From assembly GCA_963840855.1 (NCBI GenBank), contig CAWJBB010000022.1, positions 1 through 27,891 on the forward strand: a stretch of DNA of 27,891 bases. The letters are read 5' to 3'. Under the pieces are notes generated by a model. It made no database searches. It was not told the DNA's origin and saw only the letters and a program-made list of their open reading frames with translations. Shown piece after piece: positions 24,103 through 27,891 of the stretch; within the stretch, counting starts at the first letter, position 1, and the number at the start of each line of letters is the position of its first letter. The translations under genes were made by a program, and so were the position numbers. This DNA comes from an uncultured delta proteobacterium (lineage in GTDB: Bacteria > Desulfobacterota > Binatia > UBA9968).

Positions 24103-24717
24103 TCAGCCAGGGAAATCATTGATATAGGGGAGTTTCGCCGCGGTTTTCTTTACCTGTTCAAGATTGGCCCGCAGCAGCGCCGTCGAGTCCCAAGAGCCGC
24201 TGGTGAGCGCGCTGCGGTAGGTCTCCGGCAGGTCGATGGCAATCCTGTGGCCGCCATAGGTAATCGTTTTCGCTTCGAGGTCGATGGTGAATTCAGTTCG
24301 AGGCTGCTCATCCACGCTCTTCATCAGCTGGTCAATCTCTTTCGCACCGACGGTCACCGTGGGCACACCCATGATCGTGCAGTTACCGGCAAAAATCGCT
24401 GCGAAAGATTCGCCGACAATGGCCTTGAGGCCAAAGCGGTAAAGCGCCTGGGGCGCGTGTTCCCGCGAAGAGCCGCAGCCGAAGTTCTTGTTGACGAACA
24501 GTATCGATGCGCCGCGGTATTCCGGGTCATTGAATGGGTGGTCTTTCTGCTTTCTCGCGGCGTCGAATCGCTCGTCGAAAAACGGATACTCGCCCATGCG
24601 CGCGAAGGTCACTTCCTTTAAATAACGCGCCGGAATGATCCGGTCGGTATCGATATCGTTTCCTCTCATCGGAAGCGCCGTGCCGGAAATTTTGGCGATC
24701 TTAACGATTTCGCTCAT
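24103..24717 (-). CDS. leuD: 3-isopropylmalate dehydratase small subunit
   Basis: DIDTDRIIPARYLK, NFGCGSSREHAPQAL and SFAAIFAGN. Confidence 0.96.
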   Translation of the reverse strand: MSEIVKIAKISGTALPMRGNDIDTDRIIPARYLKEVTFARMGEYPFFDERFDAARKQKDHPFNDPEYRGASILFVNKNFGCGSSREHAPQALYRFGLKAIVGESFAAIFAGNCTIMGVPTVTVGAKEIDQLMKSVDEQPRTEFTIDLEAKTITYGGHRIAIDLPETYRSALTSGSWDSTALLRANLEQVKKTAAKLPYINDFPG

Positions 24718-24727
24718 GGTTCCTCGC

Positions 24728-26125
24728 TTACCGATACTCCCGCACGTCCACGACTTTGCCGTTGAGCGCCGCGGCAGCGACCATCGCCGGGCTCATCAAC
24801 AAAGTCCGTCCCGTCGGACTCCCCTGGCGCCCGATGAAATTACGGTTGGACGATGACGCTGAAATCTCGCGCCCATTAAGCTTGTCGGGATTCATCGCGA
24901 GACACATAGAGCAGCCCGCTGCGCGCCACTCAAAGCCCGCCGCCGTGAAGATCTCGTGCAGTCCTTCCGCTTCCGCCAGTTTCTTAACCTCGGCGGAACC
25001 GGGAACTACCAATGCCCGAATACCCGAGTGCACCTTGCGCCCCTTGGCGATTTCAGCCGCCGCGCGCAGATCGGTAAGCCGCGAGTTGGTGCAGGAGCCG
25101 ATGAACGCGACATTAATGGGCGTGCCCAGTATCGGCGCGCCGGGTTGCCAGCCCATATGTTCATAGGCTTTTTTCGCTCCTTCCGGGTCGGCATACTGCG
25201 CCGGCGTGGGCAGCTTTTCCGAGATACCCACCGCCTGGCCCGGATTGATACCCCAGGTCACAGTCGGCTCGATGTCCGTTCCCGCCATCTCAACGACATC
25301 GTCATACTGGGCATCCGCATCGGAGGCCACCGACTTCCAGTAATTAACGGCGCGGTCGAAGGCCGCTCCCGTTGGCACATAATGCCGGCCGTTAAGATAA
25401 TCGAAAGTGGTCTGATCGGGATTGACATAACCGACCAGCGCGCCGCCCTCGATGCTCATGTTGCACACGGTCATGCGTTCTTCCATGTTCATGATGTCAA
25501 TGACCGAACCGCCATATTCATAGGCGAACCCTTTGCCACCGCCCACGCCCAGGCGGCGGATGATGCTCAAGATCACGTCTTTGGCGTAAACTCCGATGCC
25601 CAGTGCGCCGTTTACGTTGATGCGGCGCACTTTGAGCTTGTCCATCGCCAGCGTTTGTGTCGCCAACACGTCGCGCACCTGGCTGGTGCCGATGCCGAAA
25701 GCCAGAGTGCCAAAGGCGCCATGGGTGCTCGTGTGGCTGTCGCCGCAGGCGAGCGTCATCCCGGGCTGGGTGAGACCGAGTTGTGGCCCAATCACATGAA
25801 CGATACCCTGGTTGGGACTGTCAAGGCCAAAAAATTCCACCCCGAACTGCTGCACGTTCTTTTCCAACGCCTTGGTTAGATCTTCGGCTTCCTGGTCGAG
25901 AAACGGCCGGCTGCGCACATCGGTCGGCACGATATGGTCCAGCGTCGCGAAGGTGCGCTCGCGAAACGCCACATCCATGCCCTTCTCACGCAGCATGTCG
26001 AACGCCGGCGCCGTGGTGATTTCATGGATTAGATGAAGCCCAATAAATAGTTGCGTCTGTCCAGTTGGCAAAATCCCCACCGTGTGGGATTCCCAAATCT
26101 TGTCATAGAGCGTCCGGCCGGCCAT
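24728..26125 (-). CDS. leuC: 3-isopropylmalate dehydratase large subunit
   Basis: ATG 26125 with [58 protein letters not shown] and [10 protein letters not shown]. Confidence 0.97.
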   Translation of the reverse strand: MAGRTLYDKIWESHTVGILPTGQTQLFIGLHLIHEITTAPAFDMLREKGMDVAFRERTFATLDHIVPTDVRSRPFLDQEAEDLTKALEKNVQQFGVEFFGLDSPNQGIVHVIGPQLGLTQPGMTLACGDSHTSTHGAFGTLAFGIGTSQVRDVLATQTLAMDKLKVRRINVNGALGIGVYAKDVILSIIRRLGVGGGKGFAYEYGGSVIDIMNMEERMTVCNMSIEGGALVGYVNPDQTTFDYLNGRHYVPTGAAFDRAVNYWKSVASDADAQYDDVVEMAGTDIEPTVTWGINPGQAVGISEKLPTPAQYADPEGAKKAYEHMGWQPGAPILGTPINVAFIGSCTNSRLTDLRAAAEIAKGRKVHSGIRALVVPGSAEVKKLAEAEGLHEIFTAAGFEWRAAGCSMCLAMNPDKLNGREISASSSNRNFIGRQGSPTGRTLLMSPAMVAAAALNGKVVDVREYR

Positions 26126-26146
26126 GCTCAATTCTCCTTCGCTCGG

Positions 26147-26175
26147 ATCATATCTACGGCTACCTTCGACTTCAA
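26147..26175 (-). promoter_or_regulatory. Sigma70-type promoter for leuCD
   Basis: Minus strand TTGAAG-N17-TATGAT, ~21 nt upstream of the leuC ATG. Confidence 0.6.
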
Positions 26176-26180
26176 GAGCA

Positions 26181-26210
26181 GCGAAGCGGGAATGGACATG
26201 CCCGCTTCGC
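26181..26210. other. Perfect 10-bp GC-rich hairpin just upstream of the leuC promoter
   Basis: GCGAAGCGGG-AATGGACATG-CCCGCTTCGC; no U-tract. Confidence 0.6.
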
Positions 26211-26211
26211 G

Positions 26212-26346
26212 GTTCAAGGTTCAATGGCGGTTCGAAGTTCAAGGTGGGGATGGGTCGTTGAACCTTGAACGCGAAACCTTGAACCGCGCTGAAGGCGCCA
26301 CATTGAACATTGAACGTTGAACATTGAACGGCGCCCCTCAGGGCGC
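26212..26346. repeat. Inverted 7-nt tandem repeat (GTTCAAG/TTGAAC family) with an extra right-arm block
   Basis: GTTCAAG-GTTCAAT..GTTCGAA-GTTCAAG, spacer GTGGGGATGGGTC, GTTGAAC-CTTGAAC-GCGAAAC-CTTGAAC-CGCG. Then ATTGAAC-ATTGAAC-GTTGAAC-ATTGAAC and the hairpin GCGCCC-CTCA-GGGCGC. Confidence 0.85.
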
Positions 26347-26394
26347 TGTTGTTATTGCCTATGGCGTTTGCTAGCTTAACCGGGCTGCTAGGTT

Positions 26395-27891
<1,497 letters not shown>

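Noticed and set aside
26126-26242. Extended LeuC N-terminus from TTG 26242, and extended starts for livK (22898) and the methyltransferase (23385)
   Set aside because: The extensions run through repeats or upstream genes. The downstream ATGs have clear RBSs and family-typical N-termini.

Overview
GC-rich bacterial chromosomal segment. Its gene content suggests Candidatus Binatia/Deltaproteobacteria, which is an inference only. From left to right it holds: the 3' end of a probable methyltransferase; an LLM flavin oxidoreductase broken by three single-base frameshifts; a tctCBA tripartite tricarboxylate transporter; a cupin and an EthD-like gene; a ~5.9 kb diverged tandem duplication (hemerythrin/HHE protein, family III CoA-transferase, Cache-HAMP-GAF-GAF histidine kinase, and an HTH_17 protein behind a sigma54-like promoter); a livKHMGF ABC transporter; a FAM173/ATPSCKMT-like methyltransferase; a zinc-ribbon protein; leuCD; and a comM/yifB ATPase running off the end. 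Three things stand out. (1) The zinc-ribbon protein has an N-terminal helix that aligns without gaps to the inhibitory helix of mitochondrial IF1, and it sits next to a gene resembling the ATP synthase c-subunit lysine methyltransferase, a possible bacterial F1Fo-regulation module. (2) Most intergenic gaps contain inverted short-tandem-repeat elements (periods 6-9 nt) or CTAG-targeting MITEs, often directly at TAG stop codons. (3) A 191-bp MITE is translated in frame inside the kinase sensor domain. The frameshifts and the duplication may partly be long-read or strain-mixture assembly artefacts. No transposase, CRISPR array, rRNA or tRNA was recognised.
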